From a bacterium (GTDB lineage: Bacteria > UBA8248), in contig OZ241326.1 of the NCBI GenBank assembly GCA_965199855.1, positions 800,001 through 864,000 on the forward strand: a stretch of 64,000 nucleotides of DNA, read 5' to 3'. Positions 49,182-59,356 of the stretch are shown one piece after another; the first letter of the stretch is position 1, and every line of letters starts with the position of its first letter. The notes below the pieces were generated by a model. It searched no databases and was not told the DNA's origin. It saw nothing but the letters and a program-made list of their open reading frames with translations. Position numbers and translations under genes: made by a program.

Positions 49182-50414
49182 TCAGATGACGGGCCGGGTG
49201 AACCCGCGCGGCAGGACGATGATGCCGGAAGGGTCGGAGACGGCGCCGGGATAGGCGCCGGCGGCGGCGTCCGTCACGGAGGCGCCCGCCTCGATTCGAT
49301 TGAACCGATCCACGATGGCTCTCTCGAGCCTCGCCCCCGCCCCGATGTGGGTGTGATCCATGACGACGGAATCCGTAATCTCCGCCCCCTTCTCGATCAT
49401 CACGCCGCGCCCGATGACGGAGCGCTCTATTCTCGCTCCCGCGATCTGGCACCCTTCCCCGATGAGGGCGTTCTCCACCCGCGTGGAGAGGATGCGGCTG
49501 CCGGGCCCCGGGTAGGCGCCGGTGCGTATCGGCCACTCGTTGTTCCCCAGGTCGAGGCGCGGCGTCTCCCCCAGCAGGTCCATCTGCGCGTCCCAGTAGG
49601 CCCTGATGGTTCCCACGTCGCGCCAGTAGCCCCGCTCCTCGCTCGCCCTGAGGCCCGGAACCTCGTTTTTCAGAAAATCATAGGCGTACATCTTCTTGCG
49701 CTCGCCCAGCAGGGCGGGAATGACGGTGCGCCCGAAGTCGTGCTCGCCCTCGCGCGCCGCGTCGCTCAGGAGCGCGTCCATCAGCACCTCGGCGGAAAAC
49801 ACGTAGTTTCCCATGGAGCAGAGGGCGCGCGAGGCGTCGCCCGGCATCGGCTGGGGGCGGGAGGGCTTCTCGTCGAAGCGCTCCACCCGCCCCTCCTCGT
49901 CCACGGCCAGCACCCCGAAGCCGCGGGCCTCCGCCAGCGGCGCGGGGAGCGCGGATATCGTCGCGTCCGCCCCGCGCTCGACGTGAAAGCGAACCATCTG
50001 GCTCACGTCCATGCGGTAGATGTGATCCGCCCCGAACACCAGGACGATGTCGGGCGCGTGGTTGGTCACCAGGTTTCTGTTCTGGTGGATGGAGTCCGCC
50101 GTGCCCTTGAACCAGAACTCCCCGCCGGAGCGCTGCTGGGGGGGAACGGCCGTCACGAAATTCTCCTCCAGCGGCCCGCCGATGTTCCAGGAACGCCTCA
50201 GATGATCGATCAGGGACTGCGCCAGATACTGCACCAGCACGTAGATGGACTGATAGCCGGAGTTCACCAGATTGCTCAGCGCGAAGTCGATGATCCGGTA
50301 TTTGGAGCCGAAGGGCACGGCGGGCTTGCCGCGGGCGACCGTCAGGGGGCGCAGCCTGCTTCCGGCGCCGCCCGCCATGACGAAGGATATGACGCGGGGA
50401 CCTCGTGGATCCAA
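49182..50414 (-). CDS. glgC: Glucose-1-phosphate adenylyltransferase
   Basis: MAGGAGSRLRPLT...KPAVPFG, GTAD, DHIYRMD, SMGNYVF, YWRDVG. Confidence 0.95.
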   Translation of the reverse strand: MDPRGPRVISFVMAGGAGSRLRPLTVARGKPAVPFGSKYRIIDFALSNLVNSGYQSIYVLVQYLAQSLIDHLRRSWNIGGPLEENFVTAVPPQQRSGGEFWFKGTADSIHQNRNLVTNHAPDIVLVFGADHIYRMDVSQMVRFHVERGADATISALPAPLAEARGFGVLAVDEEGRVERFDEKPSRPQPMPGDASRALCSMGNYVFSAEVLMDALLSDAAREGEHDFGRTVIPALLGERKKMYAYDFLKNEVPGLRASEERGYWRDVGTIRAYWDAQMDLLGETPRLDLGNNEWPIRTGAYPGPGSRILSTRVENALIGEGCQIAGARIERSVIGRGVMIEKGAEITDSVVMDHTHIGAGARLERAIVDRFNRIEAGASVTDAAAGAYPGAVSDPSGIIVLPRGFTRPVI

Positions 50415-50418
50415 ACCC

Positions 50419-51903
50419 TCATCCCCCCTTGTCCGGCGCGCCCAGGCCCGCCGCCCGCGCGCGCATCGCCTTCTCGTATAAGTCAACGTAGCGGGGCGCG
50501 GCGTCCTCCCAGCCGGAGTTCTTCTCCATGGCGTTGCGCGTCATCATACGCCAAAGCTCCCGATTCGAGAACGCCTCGCAGACCCGCCTCATTCCGGCGA
50601 GAAAATCGGCCGTGGCGAACGAGTCGAAGTGAAAGCCCGTGTCCGCCTCCGGGTCGGGACGCGGGGAGGAGAGGATGGAATCCGCCAGTCCGCCGACCCG
50701 CCGCGCGTAAGGCAGCGTTCCGTAGCGCATGGCGTAGAGCTGGTTCAGGCCCGACGGCTCGTATCGGGAGGGCATGAGCAGGACGTCGCCGCCCGCATAC
50801 ATGCGGTGGGAGAGCCCCTCGTCGTAGGCGGACGCGAACGCCACCCGGCCCGGCCACGCGGCGGCGGCCTCGGCCAGGGATTCCTCCAGCGCCTTCTCGC
50901 CGGTTCCCAGAACGGCCAGGGTGATTCCCAGCTCCATCAGCGCGTCCAGGGCTTCGAGCAGAAGGTCGATCCCCTTCTGCGCCGCCAGCCGGGAGACGAC
51001 GACGCAGAAAGGCCCCTTCTCCGCCGTCCCCAGCCCCAGCTCCGCCATGAGCGCCGCCCGGCACTTCGCCTTTCCCCCGGGAGAGGCGGCCGAGAACGGC
51101 GCGGGAATGCGCGGATCGCTCTCCGGATTCCAGACCCCGCAGTCGATGCCGTTCATGATCCCGAACAGCGAGGACGCCCTTCGGGCGATCACGCCCTCGA
51201 GCCCCTCGCCCTGCTCTTCCGTCTGAATCTCCCGGGCGTAGCGCTCGCTCACGGTGGAGAGGGCGTCGCTGAAGAGGATGCCTCCCTTGAGGAAGTTCAC
51301 GTCGCCGTGAAACTCGAGGCCCTCGACCCCCATCGCCTCATCGGGCAGGCCCGTGCGCGCGAAATCCGCCGGATGAAACCGGCCCTGATACGCCAGATTG
51401 TGAACCGTGAAAACGGTGGAGACCTCCCGCCATTCCCCGCGCTCCTCGCGCCGCCACTTCAGCAGGGGCGGAATCAGGGCGGTTTGCCAGTCGTGGCAGT
51501 GAATGACGGAGGGGCGCGCCCCCTCCTGCTCCATGTGGGAGAGCGCGCCCCGGGCGAAGCGGGCGAAGCGCTCCGCGTTGTCGGGAAACGCCCCGCGCGC
51601 GTCGCCGTAGAGCCCGCCGCGATCGAACAGGTCATCGGCGGCGACGAGCCGGACGAGGACGCCTTCATGCTCGATCGTGAACACCTCGCAGCGCGCCTCC
51701 GAGAAGACGTCCGAAACCCGCGTGGAACCCCCGGGCGCGCATTTTTCGAGAATCCTGCGGTAGGCGGGAAGATAGACGGAAACCTCATGGCCCATCCGCC
51801 CCAGGGCCAGCGGCAGCGCGCCGACGACGTCCCCCAGCCCGCCCGACTTCGCGAAGGGAAACATCTCGCTCGCCACCATGGCGACTTTGATGGATTTGCC
51901 CAT
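50419..51903 (-). CDS. glgA: Glycogen synthase
   Basis: KSGGLGDV, HCHDWQ, TVHNLAYQG, SRLAAQKG, MPSRYEP. Confidence 0.95.
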   Translation of the reverse strand: MGKSIKVAMVASEMFPFAKSGGLGDVVGALPLALGRMGHEVSVYLPAYRRILEKCAPGGSTRVSDVFSEARCEVFTIEHEGVLVRLVAADDLFDRGGLYGDARGAFPDNAERFARFARGALSHMEQEGARPSVIHCHDWQTALIPPLLKWRREERGEWREVSTVFTVHNLAYQGRFHPADFARTGLPDEAMGVEGLEFHGDVNFLKGGILFSDALSTVSERYAREIQTEEQGEGLEGVIARRASSLFGIMNGIDCGVWNPESDPRIPAPFSAASPGGKAKCRAALMAELGLGTAEKGPFCVVVSRLAAQKGIDLLLEALDALMELGITLAVLGTGEKALEESLAEAAAAWPGRVAFASAYDEGLSHRMYAGGDVLLMPSRYEPSGLNQLYAMRYGTLPYARRVGGLADSILSSPRPDPEADTGFHFDSFATADFLAGMRRVCEAFSNRELWRMMTRNAMEKNSGWEDAAPRYVDLYEKAMRARAAGLGAPDKGG

Positions 51904-52043
51904 GCCGGCTCCCGGGATTTCCTTGGCTCGCCGCGCCATTCTAGCGCAGGCGCCCGGCGATGACACATCCGCAATCTTATAGGCGAATGACGGCGTCCGT
52001 GTTACAATCAGGTGACGCGTCCGTGAAAATGAGGGGCGAGGCC

Positions 52044-52451
52044 ATGCGCTACCTGATGCGGGGAAAGGTCATCAAGGGCAAAAGCGCCGCCCTGCTCGAA
52101 GCCGTCGAATCGGGCGAGCTCGGGCGCGGCTCCATCGCGCATCGGACCTTTCTCAAGTGCATGAAGGAGGCCCGGCTCACCGAGGAGGGCGAGGCGCGCT
52201 GGCTCGAGGTCTGCTACTGCCGGGAGGCGTTCGGGCCGGGCTACGAGCTCTGCGAGGAACTGCCCTACTGGGAGGCGTATTTCGAGGACATCGACGTGCG
52301 CTTCGCCAGAAAGCCCGAAGACTGCGAGGGCTATCCCGTCTGCGGCGACTGCGACTGCACGGAGAAGCTCGAGGCGAAGCTCGGGAAGCTGGGCGTCCCT
52401 TTCCTTGAGCGCCTCAGGGAATCAGCCTCCTCTCCTTCGCCCGAACCGTAA
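52044..52451 (+). CDS. Cys-rich hypothetical protein
   Basis: WLEVCYC...EELPYWEAYF...CEGYPVCGDCDCT; host-like codon usage. Confidence 0.7.
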   Translation: MRYLMRGKVIKGKSAALLEAVESGELGRGSIAHRTFLKCMKEARLTEEGEARWLEVCYCREAFGPGYELCEELPYWEAYFEDIDVRFARKPEDCEGYPVCGDCDCTEKLEAKLGKLGVPFLERLRESASSPSPEP

Positions 52452-53432
52452 GCCCGCCCCCCGCGTCCGTCCTCCGCCCTTGGCGAGCTTCCACCTGTCG
52501 TGCATCCACAGATATTGCTCCGGCCCTTTTCGGATGAGGCTTTCCGTCTCCTCGTTCAGCGCCGCCGTGAGCCTCGCTATTTCCTCCTTCGCGCTTCGCG
52601 CGCCCATGTCGGGGGCTATCGGCTCGCTCAAAAAGGCTTCATAGCGGCGGGAGGCGCCCTCCCTTCTCAGGCATGAAACCAGGAGGATGGGCCGCTTGTA
52701 GAGAACCGCCAGCGCGGCGGGGGCGGGCGTCGTGCTCGCCTTTCTGCCGAAAAACGGCGCGTCTATTCCGTGGGCGCCCGCGTTCTGATCCGCCAGAATC
52801 GCCACCGAGCGGCCCCTGCGCAGCGCCTCGCGCAGGTGGAAGAAAGCGTTTCGCTTGGAGAGTATCTCCTGGCCGGAAGCGGCGCGCATCCCGCGCAGGG
52901 CGGCCTCGAGCTTCCGGTTGTCCAGGGGCCTCACGGGAATGGTGAGCGGAATCCCCGCCAGCGCGCCCGCGTGGGCGAGGAATTCCCAGTTTCCCAGATG
53001 GGGGGCGACGAACACGCACCCGCCCGCGTCCTCGTGCGCCGCACGCGCTTTTTTCAGCACCTCCTCCCCTCCCTCCACGGTCTCCAGCATCATCTCCCTC
53101 GCCCGCCGCGGATCGAAGCGGGCGAGAAACTTCGCCCCCTCCAGGCCCGTCAGGACGAAGGAGCGGCAGCTGCGCCGCGCCAGAGCCAGACGCTCCGCCT
53201 CGCCCAGTTCGGGAAAGGCGATTCGCAGGTTGGCGCGCGCGATGCGCCTCCTCCTGGGGACGAGGCGGAAAATCGCCTCGCCCGCCGCCGCGGCGACCGC
53301 CCGGCAGACCCCGTAGGGCAGCGCGCGAACCGCCCCCAGCAGGGAGACGAGCAGGACGTATTCCACCCACTGGCGCGGCGCGCCCTTGTCCTTGCTGCGC
53401 TTTCTCTTTTTTCGCTTCGCGGATTCGTTCAC
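52422..53432 (-). CDS. Lipid A lauroyl/LpxL-family acyltransferase
   Basis: NLRIAFPE, HLGNWE, RPLDN, LADQ, FFG, PEQYLWMHDRWK. Confidence 0.9.
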   Translation of the reverse strand: MNESAKRKKRKRSKDKGAPRQWVEYVLLVSLLGAVRALPYGVCRAVAAAAGEAIFRLVPRRRRIARANLRIAFPELGEAERLALARRSCRSFVLTGLEGAKFLARFDPRRAREMMLETVEGGEEVLKKARAAHEDAGGCVFVAPHLGNWEFLAHAGALAGIPLTIPVRPLDNRKLEAALRGMRAASGQEILSKRNAFFHLREALRRGRSVAILADQNAGAHGIDAPFFGRKASTTPAPAALAVLYKRPILLVSCLRREGASRRYEAFLSEPIAPDMGARSAKEEIARLTAALNEETESLIRKGPEQYLWMHDRWKLAKGGGRTRGAGLRFGRRRGG

Positions 53433-54726
53433 GGCGCGGCGACGACGGTCGCGGAGGATTGCCCGCCGATGCCGTGGCTCAGGGACAGGAACGCGGCCCC
53501 CGAGAGGGCGCATTCCTCCCGGGGGATGCGCAGGGCGGCGAACGCCGCGTCCGCCCGCTCGAAGCCGGGCGTGGACGGGAGACGCGCCTCTCGCAGGGCG
53601 CGCAGCCCCAGCACGATTTCCGCCAAATCGCTGACGGAGCCCATGTGACCCGCGCAGGGCTTCCAGCCGGCGAGCGGGACGGCCTCTTTCGCCTCGCCCA
53701 GATACCCCATCAGGGCGGACAGCTCGCCCGCGTCCCCCTGCGGCGTCCCGCTTCCGTGGGGCAGAATGAAGGCCAGATCGTCAGGAGCCAGTCCGGCGTC
53801 GGCCATGGCGGATTCCACCGAGAAGCCCGCCGCCTCGCCGGGGACGGGAATGGAGCGCTCCGGCGACCCCTCCTGGGAATTCGCCGCCCCGAGGACGCGG
53901 CCCAGGGGCTTCGCCCCCCGCGCGCGGGCGGATTCGGCGGCTTCCAGCGTCAGGGCGGCCGCCCCCTCGCCGGTGAAGAACCCGTCCCGCCTCCTGTCAA
54001 AGGGCCGAAACGACGCCGCGCCCTCCTTCGCGCGGGAGAGAACCCCCAGGCCGTCCAGCTCCAGAAGCACGACGGGATGCGCCCAGCTTCCGCAGCCCAC
54101 GACCAGCCCCACGTCGGCTTCTCCCAGGCGAAGCGCGCGCTCGCAGCTCTCGAGCGCCTGCGCGCCGCAGGAGGAAAGGCTGGAGAAGCTGCCGTTCGGC
54201 CCCATGCACTCATACACGGCCGAGAGATAGCTGAAAAGATTGTTGGGGAGGCCTCGAGCAGGAAAAAGGGGCTGACGCTGTGGAGCGCCGCCTCGTTCAG
54301 CGCCGGAGCGTCCGGGAAATCCCACCCCTCGCCGGCCGTCCGCCGCAGGGCGGCGTAGAAGTCCGAATAGCCCACCCGCGTGAAGTCGCCCGATCCTACG
54401 TAGACGGCCTTCCTCTCCGGGGACGCCTCGCTCATGTCCAGCCCCGCGCGCGCCACCGCCTCGGCGGCCGCGTGAAGGCCCAGAATGGAGCTCCTGTTCA
54501 GGAACTTGCGCTGGCTCGAGAGCCCGGGCGGCGCATCGGGCGGATCTTCATGTCCGGCGACCCTGCCGTGATACAGAAAATTCTCCGGCAGGGACTCGCT
54601 TTCCGCGTCCCGATGGCGCGCGACTCCTCTTTCGCCGGCGCGAAGCGCGCGCCAGTTCTCCTCCACGCCCGCGCCCAGAGAGGTGAGCAGTCCCGCGCCG
54701 GTGATCCAGACCTCCCGTCCTTCCAT
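53429..54726 (-). pseudogene. Beta-ketoacyl synthase-like protein split by a 1-nt frameshift near 54250
   Basis: The N-half (ORF 53950-54726) reads ...SPFFLLE and the C-half (ORF 53429-54325) continues GLPNNLFSY; the DNA has GAG GC CTC where GAG GGC CTC would restore the frame. Confidence 0.8.
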
Positions 54727-55190
54727 CAGCGCCCCGCCTGGTTCAGCCGAACCTCGCGGCCCAGAACGCGAAAATGACGGCGCTGCTCCTCGGGGTCCTC
54801 ATAATCCGCGAGCGCCACCGCCCTGCCGCCGAAGTCGGCGACCACCCGACGCTCCCCCTCGACGGCCGCCACGCCCCTGAAGTTCCTGAGTTCGCCCTCC
54901 GTCCCCTGCGCCTCCACGCTCAGGGCGACCTGATCCCCGGGAAAGGCGAACCCGTAGTATCTGACGGCGCGCGCCCTCTCCAGAAGGATCCATTTCGTGA
55001 AGTCGGAGCCGGCCGCCTCGAGCCAGCCGGCAAGCTGCACCAGCCCCTCGAATATCAGCGCGCCCGGCATGACGGGAAAGCGCGGAAAGTGGAACTCCAG
55101 AAAATCCTCGCTCATGGTGATGTTCTTGACGCCCTGGATGGATTCTCCCGCCTTCCACGCCGTCACCCTGTCCACCAGCATGTATCGCAA
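54726..55190 (-). CDS. FabZ-like 3-hydroxyacyl-ACP dehydratase
   Basis: LVDRV, KNIT, HFPRFPVMPGALIFE. Confidence 0.88.
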   Translation of the reverse strand: MRYMLVDRVTAWKAGESIQGVKNITMSEDFLEFHFPRFPVMPGALIFEGLVQLAGWLEAAGSDFTKWILLERARAVRYYGFAFPGDQVALSVEAQGTEGELRNFRGVAAVEGERRVVADFGGRAVALADYEDPEEQRRHFRVLGREVRLNQAGR

Positions 55191-55252
55191 AGCGCCCCTC
55201 TCCCGCTCGCCCGGCGCGCGCCCCTGCGCGGCGAATCCGCCGGACGAAACCT

Positions 55253-55669
55253 CTAGCCGGACTCTTCCGGCGCGCCCTCTCCCATCAGAATCACCTGGGC
55301 CACGGCCAGCTCCAGCGTATGGCTCATCGAGAGGGTCGTCTGGGCGATCTTCTTTCGCGCGCTCATCCGCGCCATCGAGCCGCGCAGCCTGAGCGCGGGC
55401 TTGCCCGACGCCGCCGACTCCACCTCGATCTCGCGCAGGCGGCCCCGCCCGCCCAGGCCGTCGGGCCCCGCAAGGCCGAGGCCGAAGGCCTTGAGGCAGG
55501 CCTCCTTCGCGGCGAAGCGGGCGGCGAAATGGGGATACGGATTGCGGCGCCGGAGGCAGTAGGCGCGCTCGGCTTCGGTGAATACGTCCGCCTGGAACGC
55601 ATCGCGGCGCTCGCAGGCCTTCTTCACGCGCGCCACTTCCACCAGGTCCACCCCCTGATACAGCAGCAT
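55253..55669 (-). CDS. acpS: Holo-ACP synthase (4'-phosphopantetheinyl transferase)
   Basis: GVDLVE, FTEAERAYC, ARFAAKEACLKA, SGKP, LSMSH. Confidence 0.92.
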   Translation of the reverse strand: MLLYQGVDLVEVARVKKACERRDAFQADVFTEAERAYCLRRRNPYPHFAARFAAKEACLKAFGLGLAGPDGLGGRGRLREIEVESAASGKPALRLRGSMARMSARKKIAQTTLSMSHTLELAVAQVILMGEGAPEESG

Positions 55670-55685
55670 CCCCGCCTCCCCCTCC

Positions 55686-56438
55686 TCAGCCGGCGAGCAG
55701 GCCGCCGTCCACGGCGATGGCCTGTCCGTTGATGTAGTCCGCCGCCGGGGAGGCCAGAAACGCCACGAGCCCGGCCACGTCCTCCGGCTCGCCGAAGCGG
55801 CCCGCCGGGATGCGCTCCAGAATCGCCTCTCCCGCCCTCTCTCTCGCGCGCGCGCTCATGTCGGTGACGATCATGCCCGGCAGGACGGCGTTGAACTGTA
55901 TCCCGCGCTTTCCCATCTCGGCGGCGCAGGCGCGCATGAAGGCGATGACGCCCGCCTTGGCGGAGGCGTAGTTCGCCTGCCCTCCTCCGCCGGCGACTCC
56001 CGCGACCGAGGAGATGCTGATCACCTTGCCGGAGCGCTTCCTGAGCATGATCTCGCCGGCCGCCTTCGTGCAGTGATAGGCCCCGTCCAGGCTCACGCCG
56101 AGAACCTTCCGCCATCCATCGGGCTTCATGGTGAGCAGCAGGGTATCGTGAATCACGCCCGCGTTGTTCACCAGGACGTCGATCGTTCCGAAATCCGCCT
56201 TCACGCGCTCGAACATCGCCGCCACCTCCTCGAAGGAGGAAACGTCGGCCTGATAGGCGAGCGCCCTTCCGCCGGCCGCCTCGATTTCCGCGCGGATTTC
56301 CTCGGCGGCCTCGGCCGAGCGGCTGTAGTTGACGGCCACCGCCGCCCCCGCCTCGGCCAGGGCGGCGCAGCAGGCGCGGCCGATGCCCCGGCCGCCTCCG
56401 GTCACCAGCGCGATTTTTCCGCTCAAGTCGATTTTCAT
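55686..56438 (-). CDS. fabG: 3-oxoacyl-ACP reductase
   Basis: TGGGRGIG, NNAG, GQANYASAK, IPAGRFG. Confidence 0.88.
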   Translation of the reverse strand: MKIDLSGKIALVTGGGRGIGRACCAALAEAGAAVAVNYSRSAEAAEEIRAEIEAAGGRALAYQADVSSFEEVAAMFERVKADFGTIDVLVNNAGVIHDTLLLTMKPDGWRKVLGVSLDGAYHCTKAAGEIMLRKRSGKVISISSVAGVAGGGGQANYASAKAGVIAFMRACAAEMGKRGIQFNAVLPGMIVTDMSARARERAGEAILERIPAGRFGEPEDVAGLVAFLASPAADYINGQAIAVDGGLLAG

Positions 56439-57704
56439 CTAGGCCGCCTTTCTGATGAGGAGGGTGGCGTTCTGCCCGCCGAAGCCGAAGGAATTCGTGA
56501 TGGCGGCGGGCACGGGCATCTCGCGCGCGCCCTCGGCCACGTAGTCGAGGTCGCACTTCGGGTCGGGGTTCTCCAGTCCGACGGTGGGATGCGCGACGTC
56601 GCGCGCCACGCTCAAGGCCGTGAAGATGAACTCGGGCGCGCCGCACGCGGCGATCAGATGCCCGATCATGGACTTGGAGGAACTCACCGCCAGCGCGTCC
56701 GCGCGCGCGCCGAACGCCTCCCGAATCGCCCGGGTCTCGGCCGGGTCGTTGAGCTTCGTGCCCGTGCCGTGCGCGTTGACGTAGGCGACGTCGCCGGGCG
56801 CCATGCCCGCGTCCCCGAGCGCCTCGCGCATTGAGCGAACGGCGCCCCGGCCCGCCGGATGCGGGGCGGTCACCCGCCAGGCGTCCATGCTCGCGCCGTA
56901 GCCCGCCAGGACGGCCCAGGGCGCCGCCCCCCTCTTTTCTACGCGCGCCGCCGACTCCAGAACGACCACGCCCGCCCCCTCGCCCACGGCGAGGCCCGCG
57001 CGCCTGCGGTCGAACGGGCGGCAAACCGGGGGCTTCGATTTCGAGGCGGCGCCCAGCAGGAGGAAGATGGCCATCCCGACGGGGTGGATCATCGAGTCCG
57101 CCCCGCCGCAAACCGCGATATCCGCCTCGCCCCTGCGAATCATCCGCATTCCGAGGCCAATCGCCTGGGCCGCGGCCGCGCAGGCGGAGGTAATGGTTCC
57201 GCCGGGGCCGGCCAGCCCGAACCATTCCGCAATCTTCGTCGTCGCCCGCTCGGGCGGATTGTCGAAGTAGCCGGCGGGGTGCGTTCCGTCCAGCTCCCTT
57301 GCGAAGCGCGCGGCGTCGAAGCCGCTCTCCTCGTCCGCCCAGGCGGAGAAATCCTCCAGCCGATAGCTGCTCAATCCCGTCCCCATCACCACGCCCGCGC
57401 GACCGGGCGCGTAATCCCCGACGCGAAGCCCAGCGTCCGCCATCGCCTCCCGGGCGGCGTGGAGCGCGAACAGCACCCTGTGCTCGCCCTCGTCCGCGTA
57501 TTCATCGGGCAGCCTCTCCCGGATGGCGCGGAGCGTCTCCCCGGGCACCTCCCCCGCCGCAGCGACGGGCAACGCGCCCGCGTCGAAGGATTCTATCGGC
57601 GCGAGGCCCGACTCGCCGGCCAGCGCCCGCCGCCATGAGGTCTCCACGTCGGCGCCGAGGGAGGTCACCATGCCGAGGCCGGTGATGAATACCGGCGCGC
57701 TCAC
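56439..57704 (-). CDS. Beta-ketoacyl-ACP synthase (FabF-like, catalytic triad intact)
   Basis: TSACAA, NAHGTGT, KSMIGH, NSFGFGG. Confidence 0.92.
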   Translation of the reverse strand: MSAPVFITGLGMVTSLGADVETSWRRALAGESGLAPIESFDAGALPVAAAGEVPGETLRAIRERLPDEYADEGEHRVLFALHAAREAMADAGLRVGDYAPGRAGVVMGTGLSSYRLEDFSAWADEESGFDAARFARELDGTHPAGYFDNPPERATTKIAEWFGLAGPGGTITSACAAAAQAIGLGMRMIRRGEADIAVCGGADSMIHPVGMAIFLLLGAASKSKPPVCRPFDRRRAGLAVGEGAGVVVLESAARVEKRGAAPWAVLAGYGASMDAWRVTAPHPAGRGAVRSMREALGDAGMAPGDVAYVNAHGTGTKLNDPAETRAIREAFGARADALAVSSSKSMIGHLIAACGAPEFIFTALSVARDVAHPTVGLENPDPKCDLDYVAEGAREMPVPAAITNSFGFGGQNATLLIRKAA

Positions 57705-58153
57705 GCTCCCTCCCCGAACGCCAGCCAGCCGCACCTTCTGAAGCGCTCTCTCAGCCCCTCGGGGTCGTCGTTGGGAAAGTGCGGATAGATGAACCGCCCC
57801 GCCCTCGCCACCAGGGCGCCGTCTTTTTCGACGCGCGCGCGGCACAGGCTCGCCTGCTCGTTCGTGTCGATCATCTCGCCGTGAATCTCCAGGGCCGCGC
57901 CGGGGCGCAGGTCGCTCGCCACCTCCACATCGTCGATGAGGGAGATGACGCACGAGGTCTCGAAGTCATGGGTATAGACCACGAGCCAGCCCGCAATCTG
58001 CGCCATCGCCTCGATGAGCATGGAGCCGGGCACGCGGGGGGCGCGGCTGAAGTGCCCGTTCAGACAGGCCTCCGAGAGCGGAAACGTCTTGAGGCCCACG
58101 ATGCGCTCTCCGCGCGCCGCCTCCTTGATCTGATCGAACAAGAGAAACCGCAA
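57701..58153 (-). CDS. FabZ-like dehydratase (second copy)
   Basis: LLFDQI, GHFSRAPRVPGSMLIEAMAQ. Confidence 0.85.
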   Translation of the reverse strand: MRFLLFDQIKEAARGERIVGLKTFPLSEACLNGHFSRAPRVPGSMLIEAMAQIAGWLVVYTHDFETSCVISLIDDVEVASDLRPGAALEIHGEMIDTNEQASLCRARVEKDGALVARAGRFIYPHFPNDDPEGLRERFRRCGWLAFGEGA

Positions 58154-58168
58154 CCGGCCGCTCCTCCG

Positions 58169-59356
58169 TCAGGCGCTCCTCCCCACCACGAAAGCCGCGC
58201 ACGCGCCGTCGAAGCCCTGGAGAAGAACGAGCGCGTTCCTCATATCGCCCCGCTCCGCCCCGGGCTCCGCGCAAAAGCGCAACGCCTCCGCGCCGCGGGA
58301 CGGAGGCGCCTCGCCCTCCGCCAGCGCCCTGAGCGCGATGATGAGGTCCAGCGCGGGACTTCCCCCCCAAAGGTCGCCGAATACGCCCTTTGTCGCAAGT
58401 CCGCAGGGCCTGTGGCGTCCGAAAAGGGCGGAAACCGCCTCGGCCTCCGCCGCGTCCGCCGCGCCCTCCCCCGCTCCATGAAGCGCGAGGAGGTCGATTT
58501 CCCCGGGCGCGAGGCCCGAGAGCGAGAGAGCGGCCTCCGCCGCGTCCCGAATCGCGCCGGCGAGCCCGCCTCCCGTTCCGAGCGCGCGAACCGAGGCGCG
58601 CCCTTTGAGCCAGCCGCGTATCCTGCCGGGGTCGGCTTCTTCCGCCGCCTCGAAAAGCACGACGCCCGCGCCCTCGCCCGGCGCGAAGGCCGCGCTCCGC
58701 GCGCCGCGCTTCACCGCGCGGGCGATCATCCGGGCGGAAATCGCCCCGCTCACGCCGGCGGCGAGACCCAGCTTCGCCTTTCCCAGGCGCGCGGAGTCCG
58801 CCGCCTCCCAAAGGGCGCGCGCCGCCGCCTCCGCGCCCGCGCTGAAGACGGCGTTCTCCCCCCGGAATTGATGCCGAATCGCCGCCTGGCTGAAGCCTAT
58901 CGCGTTCAGCAGTCCGAGCGGCCAAAGAGGGGGAATGCGGTCGATTCCCTCGCTGAAAAAATGATCGAGGCGGACGCCGTCCTCCGACTCCCGAATCGCG
59001 CCGATCAAGTCGCCGGCCGCCGGATCGAAGGAATCCATGCCGGCGAAAAAGGCGACCTCCTCCCCCGCCGCGTCCGCCAGGGCGGGCGCGTCCGCTATCG
59101 CTTCCTGAACCGCCGCCAGAAGCATGCGGGCGTGATGGCCCATGAGCCTGGCCGCGCGATGGTCCGCGCCGATGGATTCAGGGGCGATCCGCGCGCACCG
59201 CGCCGTTTTTATCGGGGCGAAGCCGGCGAGTTCGGGATCCGCGTCGGGAGCGAGGCAGGAGCGTCCCGCGCGAAGCGCCTCCCAGGCGGCGTCGACGCCC
59301 CGCCCCGCCGCCGTTATCAGGCCGACCCCGGTGATGGGAAGGGGCGGGAGCTTCAC
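58169..59356 (-). CDS. Ketosynthase-like protein lacking catalytic residues (chain-length-factor-like)
   Basis: KS fold (ITGVGL, PGEGAG), but FSAGAEAA at the catalytic Cys site and KGVFGD at the second His site. Confidence 0.8.
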   Translation of the reverse strand: MKLPPLPITGVGLITAAGRGVDAAWEALRAGRSCLAPDADPELAGFAPIKTARCARIAPESIGADHRAARLMGHHARMLLAAVQEAIADAPALADAAGEEVAFFAGMDSFDPAAGDLIGAIRESEDGVRLDHFFSEGIDRIPPLWPLGLLNAIGFSQAAIRHQFRGENAVFSAGAEAAARALWEAADSARLGKAKLGLAAGVSGAISARMIARAVKRGARSAAFAPGEGAGVVLFEAAEEADPGRIRGWLKGRASVRALGTGGGLAGAIRDAAEAALSLSGLAPGEIDLLALHGAGEGAADAAEAEAVSALFGRHRPCGLATKGVFGDLWGGSPALDLIIALRALAEGEAPPSRGAEALRFCAEPGAERGDMRNALVLLQGFDGACAAFVVGRSA

